Assembly: GCA_041653455.1 (NCBI GenBank)
Contig: JBAZFL010000003.1
Span: 1 to 45,662, forward strand
Length of the DNA stretch: 45,662 nt
Source: Clostridia bacterium
GTDB lineage: Bacteria > Bacillota > Clostridia > DUPQ01
Direction: 5' to 3'
Every line of letters begins with the position of its first letter. The first letter of the stretch is position 1. Positions 35,432 to 43,937 of the stretch are shown here, piece by piece. The notes under the pieces were generated by a model that saw only the letters and a list, made by a program, of their open reading frames with translations, was not told the origin of the DNA and did no database searches. Position numbers and translations under genes: made by a program.

Positions 35432-37651
35432 TTAGGAAGCTTTACTTTTTTTTGCACCAGCTTCATCAGATCGCTTAGACTTTTCGTCTTTTCTGTCATT
35501 GGCATCTTCCTCTTGTTTTAATTTGTCCTGAACGGTAGGCATACCAACAACGGTTGCTTCGGCATCAGGAATGATGTTAAGTTCTTTTAATATCTGCATC
35601 TGCTCTTTGCGTGACAGCAATGGGTAGAGTTTATCCATCTGCACAAACTCACGCGGGTCATGCGGTTCTGCCGGTCTGTTCTTTTCCGCTTCCACAACCT
35701 GCATGTGGTGTGTGTCGGCGTGGGAAATCATTATCTTCTTTGACCGCTCGTCCCACTCGCTGAACGCTTCAGACATAATGCAACGTCGATGCTGCTCATA
35801 ATGGATAACGTGGTTGTCGTATTTAAAGAATGGGTCGTGGTTAAGGACTTGACTCTTGGCAGAAATTGCACCTGTTTCATCCGGTTCAACAACCATGATG
35901 CTTTGAACTTCGCCGGACTCAATTAATGAGTTCTCGTATTCGGCACGTTTAACATCAGGGTCTTCCTGTTCGGTAAATCCAGACAAACCTGCGCGTCTTA
36001 ACAATTCCTGTTTCAGTTCTTTATCTTCTGCGACATTACCCAAAATGCCTCTTTGAGCGAAATCAAGCAGAATGTCCATCTTACCGGCATTGGTAGAAGC
36101 TAGGCCGGAATCAAGTTCCATGCGAATATCTGTATTGTTCCGTAAATCAGCCGCCTTAAACTTGGTTATCTTCCATTTGTTGCCTCTGCCAGCGACCTTT
36201 AAAATCCTTTCTTCGGTCATTATTTCTTTGGCTATAAGCAATCTTTTCTTGTTAACCCTTGTCATTGCCCTAACATACCGGTCAACGTCTGGATAATGCC
36301 CCTTTTCGGCGGTTTCCCGCAGTATATCAACCATGATACCAGAAGCCTTAGAGCCGGGAGATTGACCTCTGAGAATGTTCTTCGGGTCGCCGGAAACGTC
36401 TTGAATGACTGTCCTTTGAATACTCCTTTCTTCCAACACCTGTTGCGGCAACGGCGTTCCATCTTCAATGGTCGGTTTCTGGTTTCCGGTAAGCAACGGG
36501 TCATATTTAATCATCAGCATCCCGATACCCAAACCGCCGACTTCATCAACACGCTTTAATCCTGTCTCTCCGGGGCTGAACAGTCTTGGTCTTGCCAATC
36601 CCTTGCGGTTGATTGACAGTGCTTGGTCTATTTCGTTGATGGTGTTCTGTGGACTGATAAGGTTATTAACTCCGGCATCCGACCAGAAACAACCGGGCAA
36701 AAAATCAAAATGAAAATCAGTTAATGAATAAAACCATTTTCCTTCCTCTGTGAGTATCGGCAATCGGTCATACCGTTTTAAAATCCTGTCACCACAAGCA
36801 ATAATATATCTGCCTTGCGGATATGCTTTGGTCGGTTTCATTTCTATTTCACGGAAAAGAACCAAATCCTCGTCATCCATGTTGTTGGACGATGTATCAA
36901 TGCCAACACCTTTCCACGGTGAAACCTGACCGACCATCTTCATTAAACGCTTAGTGTAGTCGGTTGCTGATACGTTCTCGCCACCGGCTATTTTCTGTTT
37001 AAATATGTCCTCAACCCATTCTTTTGATTTTAGGGTCTGTATACCTATCCATCGTTTCTTGGAAATTCTGTCTCCTAAGAAATCAACAAACACCTGAAAC
37101 GGCACAACGCTTTCCGTTCCCACTTCCCCTGTGGTTATCGGATTTCCGTCTTTGTCAAATACCCACTGGTCATTGTCCATAAACGGAAATGTTCGCAAGA
37201 AACCAATCCCGAACAATGGTAAAGAAAGCGCTGTTTTCTCTTTTTCATCGTGAAATTCTCCCTCATTGCATAAATCCAAATACTGCAAAAGGGTTTCTCC
37301 TAGTTCTGCCGCCTTAATATCGTCCTTGTCCATGCTGTTCGGTGCAACCTTCACAACCATTTTCTGATTAAGAAGCATGGCCTTGACTGACCGGCAGTAT
37401 TCTCTTATTTCGTTGGAAACCGGCGTGGGAATGAAATCGGGCAGGATACGCCGCCTAAATGATTGACTTGACTTAACATACTCTAAATACTGCTCACCGA
37501 GATAGTAAAGAACATTTCTGAACCAAATACGCTCCATCATCATGCGAGTATAATCGCGTTGAGAGGTGTCAAATAACGTATTGGTGGCAGCAAGAAGCTC
37601 TTTATCGTCAACTTTGCCCTTTATTTTCTGATATATTTCCGCTAGTTTCAT
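35432..37651 (-). CDS. Portal protein
   Basis: 739 aa, the first large gene after TerL, with a charged C-terminal tail. Call rests on size and synteny. Confidence 0.7.
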   Translation of the reverse strand: MKLAEIYQKIKGKVDDKELLAATNTLFDTSQRDYTRMMMERIWFRNVLYYLGEQYLEYVKSSQSFRRRILPDFIPTPVSNEIREYCRSVKAMLLNQKMVVKVAPNSMDKDDIKAAELGETLLQYLDLCNEGEFHDEKEKTALSLPLFGIGFLRTFPFMDNDQWVFDKDGNPITTGEVGTESVVPFQVFVDFLGDRISKKRWIGIQTLKSKEWVEDIFKQKIAGGENVSATDYTKRLMKMVGQVSPWKGVGIDTSSNNMDDEDLVLFREIEMKPTKAYPQGRYIIACGDRILKRYDRLPILTEEGKWFYSLTDFHFDFLPGCFWSDAGVNNLISPQNTINEIDQALSINRKGLARPRLFSPGETGLKRVDEVGGLGIGMLMIKYDPLLTGNQKPTIEDGTPLPQQVLEERSIQRTVIQDVSGDPKNILRGQSPGSKASGIMVDILRETAEKGHYPDVDRYVRAMTRVNKKRLLIAKEIMTEERILKVAGRGNKWKITKFKAADLRNNTDIRMELDSGLASTNAGKMDILLDFAQRGILGNVAEDKELKQELLRRAGLSGFTEQEDPDVKRAEYENSLIESGEVQSIMVVEPDETGAISAKSQVLNHDPFFKYDNHVIHYEQHRRCIMSEAFSEWDERSKKIMISHADTHHMQVVEAEKNRPAEPHDPREFVQMDKLYPLLSRKEQMQILKELNIIPDAEATVVGMPTVQDKLKQEEDANDRKDEKSKRSDEAGAKKSKAS

Positions 37652-37660
37652 TTAAAATCC

Positions 37661-37906
37661 TTAGTTTACCGGAAAAACGTCCTGTTGTTCCAAAAGTGAT
37701 TTCTTTTTTTCTTCTGGCGCGGCAATTATCTCTTTTTCCAATTCAAAACGTGCATATTCGGGGTAAGTCCTTGCCATTAAACGGTTTAAAAGGTCTTTAA
37801 TCTCCACGCGAAGCGTTTTGTTTTCCTTCCAGAAGTTAAAAACGACAAAACCAAGACAAATATAGGAAAAAACTACCAAAATTATAATTAATTCACTACC
37901 ACCCAT
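37661..37906 (-). CDS. Small N-terminally membrane-anchored protein (81 aa)
   Basis: LIIILVVFSYICLGFVVFNFW is a TM segment. Overlaps the TerL stop by 11 nt. Confidence 0.5.
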   Translation of the reverse strand: MGGSELIIILVVFSYICLGFVVFNFWKENKTLRVEIKDLLNRLMARTYPEYARFELEKEIIAAPEEKKKSLLEQQDVFPVN

Positions 37907-39482
37907 AAGAAATATTCTCGCTTTCCTGATTTTTATAAAATTCTTCCAGTTCCATGTGTGCTATTTCTGAAATATTGGCAGGTTTCTTGCTTATCGGGTC
38001 TTTTTCGTTCATTGATTTCTGCCAGTTGGCTATCTGTAACGGTCTTGCCATGCACAAAAGCGCAAATTCATCAGCGCAATGATCTTCTCCTGAAGTGTCA
38101 ATATCTTCGGGGTTGTTAGGATTGACTACTAAAGTGGATAAAGTGCGAATAAAATGGACGCAGTTCTCATAAATCTGCACCATCGGCACTCCGCTGACCT
38201 TACCATCCTCAACAGGGACATGAAGTCTTTGATGAACTTGCCGCCATTTCAATATTCTTGACGGGTCGCCCGGTCTTAAAACAATTCCCTTCGCCCTGAA
38301 CTCGTCTGCCGTGGAAGCGCCCTGACCGCCTCCCCTGTAATCCGGTTTCTTATTAAAACAGGTGGGGTCGCAAAAGCGGGTAATTTGAGGATTTAAGACA
38401 AATCCGTTCTCTGTTTTGGTCTTTAACGAGAACCCCATTGCTTCTTCACGGACTCTAATCCCTTCGGCAATCTCAGAATCGGATAACCGCAAACCCTGAT
38501 TAGGTGTGCCGTTCCATCCGTACCATTCAGAGAACCGATAAAACCGTCCATCAGAATCCAGCCACCACCACCCAACGCTAAACGGCGCTCCAAAACCCCA
38601 ATCGAAGGTCATAAACAAAGGAGCGTTAGCAGGGACTTTAACCGGCTTGATAACATGATGGTTTCTGTTCCATTCCTGAAACGCCTGTCCAATGAATGTG
38701 TCCCAAGAACCGTCTCTAAAGGCAGCTCTTAAATGGATAGGCAGGGTATTGAGCATATTCCAGTAGGTTGAATCCAGATAAGGGTTATCCTCTGCCTTAG
38801 ACTGAATAAACTTGAATTTTTGGGTATAGTCAGTGGGTTCCTTGAACTCAGGAGGGAATATCTTATCAATCCAAAACGCCTTGCAATACGCATGGCCGAT
38901 GCCGCCGGGGTTAGTTCCCCCAAAGAACAAGGTCTCATTGTCGTTCAAACCAGACCACCGCAAACGCATACGCAAATCATTAAACGTATCGTAGGGGTTC
39001 TTGGTCAGTTCATCCACGGCAATAGCCGCAAACTCAGCAGATTGATACTTGCTGGCATCGTCCAGATTCCTAAAACAGATAACCCCGTTCCCGTAAGCAT
39101 CGGCCAAAATAAAGCACCTTCCGTAGTCCTTATGGTCGGAATAAGACTTTCCCAACCATGACGGGAACTCCCGCGCTATCTTCGTTAGTTGCCGGTCTTT
39201 CAGTGAAGGATAATCCTCACAAGCCAGCATAACCTGAACGTATCGCAAACCTTTTTCAAAGAACCATGTCATCAACAGCCGGACTAATATCCAGCGCAAT
39301 AAATACGATTTTCCACCACCCAAACACCCGCCATACAGGATGTATTTAGCCAACCCCGAATCAACAACAGCGCAGACCTCTAACTGTCTCTCTGTGAACT
39401 TCGCAATATCCTTGTCAAAGTCCAGTTGCTTCGGCTGTTTGGCAAGGTCGTTAGCAAGTCTTTGGTCGCTTAGCTTCGACAT
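37896..39482 (-). CDS. terL: Terminase large subunit
   Basis: Walker A YGGCLGGGKSYLL, Walker B AAIAVDELT, and a C-terminal nuclease-type FDWGFGAPFS block. Confidence 0.9.
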   Translation of the reverse strand: MSKLSDQRLANDLAKQPKQLDFDKDIAKFTERQLEVCAVVDSGLAKYILYGGCLGGGKSYLLRWILVRLLMTWFFEKGLRYVQVMLACEDYPSLKDRQLTKIAREFPSWLGKSYSDHKDYGRCFILADAYGNGVICFRNLDDASKYQSAEFAAIAVDELTKNPYDTFNDLRMRLRWSGLNDNETLFFGGTNPGGIGHAYCKAFWIDKIFPPEFKEPTDYTQKFKFIQSKAEDNPYLDSTYWNMLNTLPIHLRAAFRDGSWDTFIGQAFQEWNRNHHVIKPVKVPANAPLFMTFDWGFGAPFSVGWWWLDSDGRFYRFSEWYGWNGTPNQGLRLSDSEIAEGIRVREEAMGFSLKTKTENGFVLNPQITRFCDPTCFNKKPDYRGGGQGASTADEFRAKGIVLRPGDPSRILKWRQVHQRLHVPVEDGKVSGVPMVQIYENCVHFIRTLSTLVVNPNNPEDIDTSGEDHCADEFALLCMARPLQIANWQKSMNEKDPISKKPANISEIAHMELEEFYKNQESENISYGW

Positions 39483-39646
39483 TAAGTCGTTAAATCCTTC
39501 CTGTAGGTAAGGTCAAACTCATGCAGTTCCCACATATTCCGAACCAAATAATCAAGTAACTCTATAGAATCAGCATCACCCAACCGTTTTAATATCTTCT
39601 TAACCTCACGCTTGGTCAGTAATTGTTCTTCCTGCAACAACTCCAT
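39482..39646 (-). CDS. Hypothetical small protein (54 aa)
   Basis: Hand-translated MELLQEEQLLTKREVKKILKRLGDADSIELLDYLV... TAATG coupling to terL. Confidence 0.35.
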   Translation of the reverse strand: MELLQEEQLLTKREVKKILKRLGDADSIELLDYLVRNMWELHEFDLTYRKDLTT

Positions 39647-39815
39647 GACTTCCACCTGAAATAACGATATTTATTCTCTCGACGTAATTAGCACCCGCAC
39701 AAGGCCGCTCAATCGTGGTGGCATCCTCAAACTGCGGCATAACCTTCTTCCCGAATATCCGCTCCCAATTATCACGATACGAACCAGTAATAGGAATAAC
39801 CCTTACATCGTCCAT
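39606..39815 (-). CDS. Hypothetical small protein (69 aa)
   Basis: Track ORF. The SYRDNWERIFGKK motif is common in small phage proteins. Overlaps the next ORF by 41 nt. Confidence 0.4.
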   Translation of the reverse strand: MDDVRVIPITGSYRDNWERIFGKKVMPQFEDATTIERPCAGANYVERINIVISGGSHGVVAGRTITDQA

Positions 39816-39875
39816 GTCATCACCACCAACGCGATTGCCACACCAATAATGAACCAGTAGGTAGCGTTTATGTCC

Positions 39876-40052
39876 TCATTCGCTTTCATCCGAACCCCGC
39901 TTCATCATCTTAGACTTGAACTTCTCAATAATCTCCATCTCGGCAGCCAACATGATACAGGTAACTATCCGGTCTATCTTAACCCCACCACCCGGAATCA
40001 ACTGCTTTAGCAACATACCCGCTTCTTCTCTCAATATGTCTGCCTTGTTCAT
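39876..40052 (-). CDS. Hypothetical small protein (58 aa)
   Basis: Hand-translated MNKADILREEAGMLLKQLIPGGGVKIDRIV... SD aaaggg lies upstream of the ATG at 40050-40052. Confidence 0.35.
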   Translation of the reverse strand: MNKADILREEAGMLLKQLIPGGGVKIDRIVTCIMLAAEMEIIEKFKSKMMKRGSDESE

Positions 40053-40105
40053 AGTCGCCCTTTGTTTTACTAAGTCTGATATGGGGTATGGCCTGTGCCT
40101 CGATA

Positions 40106-40122
40106 GGGGGGGGGTGGGGGGG
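40106..40122 (+). other. G9-T-G7 tract (G-quadruplex-capable / slippage-prone)
   Basis: Read directly: ggggggggg t ggggggg. It can be parsed as four G3 runs with 1-3 nt loops. Lies in a 318-nt non-coding gap. Confidence 0.9.
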
Positions 40123-40370
40123 CTACCCTACCCTTCGCGCCTATTACCCATTTATTTTCCTTTTCATTCTGGCTGCCCACATTTTATTTGCTTGCTTTAA
40201 TTTTTTGCTGCTGCTACTCTCAAGCATCACTCTTATTATATGGCATGATAGTTGCTTGGTGCATCCAGCGTCTTATAATAATCAATTACGTAAACATGCA
40301 CACCTAATCATTTCAACAACTTACATTATCACTAACATTATTATGTAACCTAACCACTATATCTTGTGTG

Positions 40371-40805
40371 TTACACATCTATTAGCTGCCCTTCTGGTAG
40401 TGTTTCCAGCCTCGTTTCTACGCTGCCGGATTGCCCGGAAATATTTATTTTGTTGATTATTACCATCGGCGCTTGCTCTCGATTGCCGCCAGCACGCTCG
40501 ATCTTATCCGCATATACGCCGTATGCTACAGCTAGATCACGTTGTTCTTTTGGTGCCAATCCCTCCCCTTGCATCAATAACTTTCTGCATTTTTCTTCTA
40601 AAATTTCTGTTTTTAACTCTCTGTAAATTTCCGTGGTTTTACGAGGTGTTAGTGATTTTAAGCGCCGGGCAATCGTTTTATGGTTGAGGCCTGCTATTTT
40701 GCTGATCGCTTTAACCCCTTTCCCCGCATCGTGGAGCGCAAGTATTGCGGTATCATCCAGTGTTGGCTTGCTGATCTGCTTTGTTTTTACCGTTTCCGCT
40801 GCCAT
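40371..40805 (-). CDS. HTH DNA-binding protein; small terminase or late regulator candidate
   Basis: N-terminal HTH (ILALHDAGKGVKAISKIAGLNHKTIARRLK). First gene of the late minus-strand operon, upstream of terL. Confidence 0.4.
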   Translation of the reverse strand: MAAETVKTKQISKPTLDDTAILALHDAGKGVKAISKIAGLNHKTIARRLKSLTPRKTTEIYRELKTEILEEKCRKLLMQGEGLAPKEQRDLAVAYGVYADKIERAGGNREQAPMVIINKINISGQSGSVETRLETLPEGQLIDV

Positions 40806-40999
40806 TTTGCCCTTGCCCTTAGTGATTTGTTAGTTTGCATTGCTATCGGCTATCGCCGTACGCTTCGCACTACCCTTGCAGGTACTATCTATTATTATAT
40901 ATAGCAATGATTATGCGTGCTTTGATTGCTTTGTTGGGTTAGTCTGGTGATATGTTTACGATTAATTTATTTTTTTTTATGCGGTTAGTGTCGGTATGC

Positions 41000-41029
41000 T
41001 TTACAGTCCTGCTTGGTATTTTCCATTAT
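41000..41029 (+). promoter_or_regulatory. Putative promoter P1: TTTACA-18 nt-CATTAT, preceded by conserved TAGTGTCGG box
   Basis: TTTACA at 41000-41005 and CATTAT at 41024-41029. The upstream box 40986-41007 is shared with P2. Confidence 0.35.
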
Positions 41030-41241
41030 TTCCCTTGCTCTAATTACATGATATTACTTACTATTATTTTGCCGTATTCCTATCTATTTAATATTGTTAT
41101 ACTTGTTCATTGTAAAGTTTTCTTACACTTTTTTAACTGGTATTATTATTTCCTTACTTGTATCTTATTGATATTGCATATCTTTATTTTAGCCTATCTA
41201 TAACACATTGATTTAATTAGATTGTTATAGTGTCGGATTTC

Positions 41242-41270
41242 TTTACAGTTTTGATTTATGCCATTATACT
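41242..41270 (+). promoter_or_regulatory. Putative promoter P2: TTTACA-17 nt-TATACT, preceded by conserved TAGTGTCGG box
   Basis: TTTACA at 41242-41247 and TATACT at 41265-41270. Box at 41228-41249. Confidence 0.45.
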
Positions 41271-41336
41271 GATTTACACCTTATTATTTTATTACCTTGC
41301 AATATCAATGCTTTAACTATTATTTATTATTATTGC

Positions 41337-41366
41337 TTGCCTTTGGCATAGTGATTGCTTTATAAT
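41337..41366 (+). promoter_or_regulatory. Putative promoter P3: TTGCCT-18 nt-TATAAT
   Basis: TTGCCT at 41337-41342 and consensus TATAAT at 41361-41366, 30 nt upstream of the first small ORF. Confidence 0.5.
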
Positions 41367-41395
41367 ACAATAAACAAACAAAAGGAGAAACGGCC

Positions 41396-41617
41396 ATGAC
41401 AGGTAAACAAAGGGCATGGACAGCTTATCGGGAATCAAAGGGAATGATTATCCCTATAACAAATAAACGTTCTGTTTGTAAATATTGTGGGAAAGAGATT
41501 ATTTTTCAGAAATTAAATGGTGTGCATGGCGAATATTGGGCAGCTTATGAAGATAGCGGCTGCCGCACAACAGATGGTTTTATGTCAATTAATAGGCATT
41601 TTTGTCAATCTAACTAA
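41396..41617 (+). CDS. Small Cys-containing protein (73 aa)
   Basis: SD aaaaggaga. CKYCGKE...GC...HFC is a putative zinc site. Confidence 0.6.
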   Translation: MTGKQRAWTAYRESKGMIIPITNKRSVCKYCGKEIIFQKLNGVHGEYWAAYEDSGCRTTDGFMSINRHFCQSN

Positions 41618-41650
41618 CATTAACGCAAATACGCAAAAGGAGAAAACATC

Positions 41651-41827
41651 ATGAAAAAAGAAAAGCACTGGGAGGCGGTATATTACACAGGCTCAACGTG
41701 GGGGAATTATGGAGAGCAGGTTGTAGATAGACATTGTGGACATAAACACAAAAACATGACGTTGGCAGAAAAATGTTGGGATAAAAATGAAGATTTATAT
41801 AATGGCGTCAAGGAATATAATGATTAA
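41651..41827 (+). CDS. Hypothetical small protein (58 aa)
   Basis: Hand-translated MKKEKHWEAVYYTGSTWGNYGEQVVDRHCGHKHK... SD aaaggaga. Confidence 0.5.
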   Translation: MKKEKHWEAVYYTGSTWGNYGEQVVDRHCGHKHKNMTLAEKCWDKNEDLYNGVKEYND

Positions 41828-41853
41828 CTAACCATAAAAAAGGAGGCACGACA

Positions 41854-42072
41854 ATGAAAACATCTAAAAAAGTATTAGTGGATAATCTGGATAGAGTTGT
41901 TGGGCTGGTCGCTCCGCGCACTGGCAAAATAGGGAAAAATATAGAGTATGGCGGAGTAAGGGATAATTGCCTTGATGTGCAAGGGATTGCACGGATCGAG
42001 CGCAAAAAATTAGATGATTATGCGATTGAGCATCTTAATACTTACGATGGTAATACAGGACGCAGAACCTAA
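41854..42072 (+). CDS. Hypothetical small protein (72 aa)
   Basis: SD aaaaggagg. Confidence 0.6.
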   Translation: MKTSKKVLVDNLDRVVGLVAPRTGKIGKNIEYGGVRDNCLDVQGIARIERKKLDDYAIEHLNTYDGNTGRRT

Positions 42073-42097
42073 CTAACCCATAAAAGGAGAAATGACC

Positions 42098-42577
42098 ATG
42101 AAAACAAAAACTAATTATCCAATGGGCAGTATATCAAGCGGAACGATGCGAAACGAAGATTTGATCCCTGATTTTGTATGGGAATTAAAATCATTGGCTA
42201 AGTCATGTAAATGGAACAAAGCATACAAAAAAGAACATTTAGCTTTATGTGCGAGAATAGAAAAAGAAATGGAAAAAGAAGGTTATTTTGATTCTGATGA
42301 TGCTGTTTATGATCTTAATGAAGATTTATTCAATGCCTTAGATCAATATGCCGCCCCTTATTTCTATTTTGGCAGTCATCCGGGCGATGGTGCTGATTAT
42401 GGATTTTGGTTATCTGAAAACATGGAAGAAGATTTTGACGGTTTAAAAGTGGAAGATTTATCAGAAATCCCCAAAGATTATGCCGGAGAAATTATAGTTG
42501 TTAATGACCACGGAAATATGACCTTATATCATAAGGCAAAAACACAAAATCCAAAGGAAATATGGGCAGTGGTTTAG
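42098..42577 (+). CDS. Acidic protein (159 aa)
   Basis: The second ATG has better SD spacing (aaaggaga + 8 nt). About one residue in five is Asp/Glu (DSDDAVYDLNEDLF, ENMEEDFDGLKVEDLSE). Confidence 0.6.
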   Translation: MKTKTNYPMGSISSGTMRNEDLIPDFVWELKSLAKSCKWNKAYKKEHLALCARIEKEMEKEGYFDSDDAVYDLNEDLFNALDQYAAPYFYFGSHPGDGADYGFWLSENMEEDFDGLKVEDLSEIPKDYAGEIIVVNDHGNMTLYHKAKTQNPKEIWAVV

Positions 42578-42637
42578 CCTTTCCGCCATCCTCACAATGT
42601 GGGGATGTCCGAAATACTAAAAGAAAGGGGAAAGAAA

Positions 42638-42853
42638 ATGACTATTAATGAATTTAAACAAGAATTGCCTTTGTTGGTAGTTAAGAAAAACGGAAAGAGA
42701 TATACTGGCCGGCCAGGCGGGAGATTAAATAAATTTTGCTCGGTCGCATTGTGGCATGATGGACAAAAATATATCATGGGAGAAATAATAGAGTTTTCAT
42801 GGGAAACGGTAACTAACGCTTATAATAATAACGCGGTTTTATTAGCAGATTAA
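42638..42853 (+). CDS. Hypothetical small protein (71 aa)
   Basis: An internal ATG is preceded by aaaggggaaag. Confidence 0.55.
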   Translation: MTINEFKQELPLLVVKKNGKRYTGRPGGRLNKFCSVALWHDGQKYIMGEIIEFSWETVTNAYNNNAVLLAD

Positions 42854-42880
42854 CAATTAACCTTTAACTAGGAGGGCAAA

Positions 42881-43276
42881 ATGAAAACAGATAAATATTT
42901 AATACATTATAAAGGAGTTGGCCGTTTAATCGAATTATCTACCAGAGAAACGACCTCGGAGCAATTTGGAGAAATGCAAAGAAGTTTTGCTAATGAAGTA
43001 GGAAAAAACGAAAAAGATTGGCCTTTCGCTGATATGATTAGACTTTACCCTGACCAAGTGCAAAACGGCGTTTTTTATTCTTGGGGGTTGGCAAGTGCTG
43101 ACGGTGCATGGTTTAATCTGATCGCCTTACCGGATACCCTGCCCGAACAGATAGAACAGGCTAAAAAGCAAATACGTTATAATCAAGATGTTGTGTCAAT
43201 GTCAGTTACCCGCATCAATAAACTTTTACAGGAGGAGGCACAAAATGAAATATCAAATTTATGTGAAAAAGGATGA
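42881..43276 (+). CDS. Hypothetical protein (131 aa)
   Basis: SD taggaggg. Confidence 0.6.
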   Translation: MKTDKYLIHYKGVGRLIELSTRETTSEQFGEMQRSFANEVGKNEKDWPFADMIRLYPDQVQNGVFYSWGLASADGAWFNLIALPDTLPEQIEQAKKQIRYNQDVVSMSVTRINKLLQEEAQNEISNLCEKG

Positions 43277-43421
43277 AAACGGAAAAACCTATTACTCATG
43301 GGATAAGGAAACAGACGGCGGGTATTATAATCTTGATGCCATGCTAAAATTAAAGGGCTTAAGCGGGAAAGATATTGACCTTATTAACTTAACTAAAGAA
43401 AGTGAGGCAGGAAATGCTTAA
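43245..43421 (+). CDS. Hypothetical small protein (58 aa)
   Basis: The ATG at 43245 is preceded by ggaggagg. Overlaps the upstream ORF by 32 nt. Confidence 0.5.
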   Translation: MKYQIYVKKDENGKTYYSWDKETDGGYYNLDAMLKLKGLSGKDIDLINLTKESEAGNA

Positions 43422-43572
43422 ATCAGTCAAACCATGCGAAAACTGCGGAGCGGATAAGGTCAGTGATTTTAAGGAATATGACGGAATGTTAGGATATGAG
43501 GCAATAATTTGCAAAAAGTGCGGCTGGATATATGATAATGACGGCGCACATAAACCGGAAAGTGAGGCGTAA
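43414..43572 (+). CDS. Zinc-ribbon micro-protein (52 aa)
   Basis: Hand-translated MLKSVKPCENCGADKV...IICKKCGWIY, with two CxxC pairs. SD gtgaggcagg. Confidence 0.45.
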   Translation: MLKSVKPCENCGADKVSDFKEYDGMLGYEAIICKKCGWIYDNDGAHKPESEA

Positions 43573-43573
43573 A

Positions 43574-43783
43574 ATGAAAATGGAAAAAGGAACACAGTTT
43601 ACGGCATATCATAGGCAGCTAGGCTTAAATTCTTATGTTTACCTTGAAAGGCTTTTGCTTGGAATTGATATAATTGAGCATAAATTGTTAAATATCAGCT
43701 CAGGTGAAATACAGGTAGCGGATAATTGGTTTGATAACAGAAAAATAAATCTAATCAAGGAGGCTCAAAATGGAAAAAAATAA
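43574..43783 (+). CDS. Hypothetical small protein (69 aa)
   Basis: An internal ATG is preceded by agtgagg. Confidence 0.5.
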   Translation: MKMEKGTQFTAYHRQLGLNSYVYLERLLLGIDIIEHKLLNISSGEIQVADNWFDNRKINLIKEAQNGKK

Positions 43784-43937
43784 GAACATGATACTCAGGG
43801 GCATACCGGAAGAATTGCACTACGAGTTTGCGATTTTATCAAGGCAGCTCAGAACGAGCATGAAGCAGTTGATTTTGCAGTTAATGGAACGAGCGGTAAA
43901 TGAGCATAAGGGGAAGGGAGGGAAGGAAAATGAATAA
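43770..43937 (+). CDS. Ribbon-helix-helix (CopG/Arc-like) DNA-binding protein (55 aa)
   Basis: Hand-translated MEKNKNMILRGIPEELHYEFAILSRQLRTSMKQLILQLMERAV, showing the beta-strand + two-helix RHH pattern. SD aaggagg. Confidence 0.5.
   Translation: MEKNKNMILRGIPEELHYEFAILSRQLRTSMKQLILQLMERAVNEHKGKGGKENE

Noticed and set aside
39916-40904. Plus-strand ORFs 39916..40200, 40088..40348, 40366..40626, 40633..40833 and 40680..40904.
   Set aside because: They are antisense to the small late ORFs and the HTH gene, or run through the non-coding G-tract gap. The GGGWGG peptide is simply the G-run translated. No SDs are present.
40952-41203. 83-aa plus-strand ORF (MFTINLFFFMRLVSV...) in the AT-rich control region.
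   Set aside because: It has an extreme Phe/Leu/Ile/Tyr composition, as expected from translating AT-rich non-coding DNA. It has no SD and overlaps the predicted promoters.
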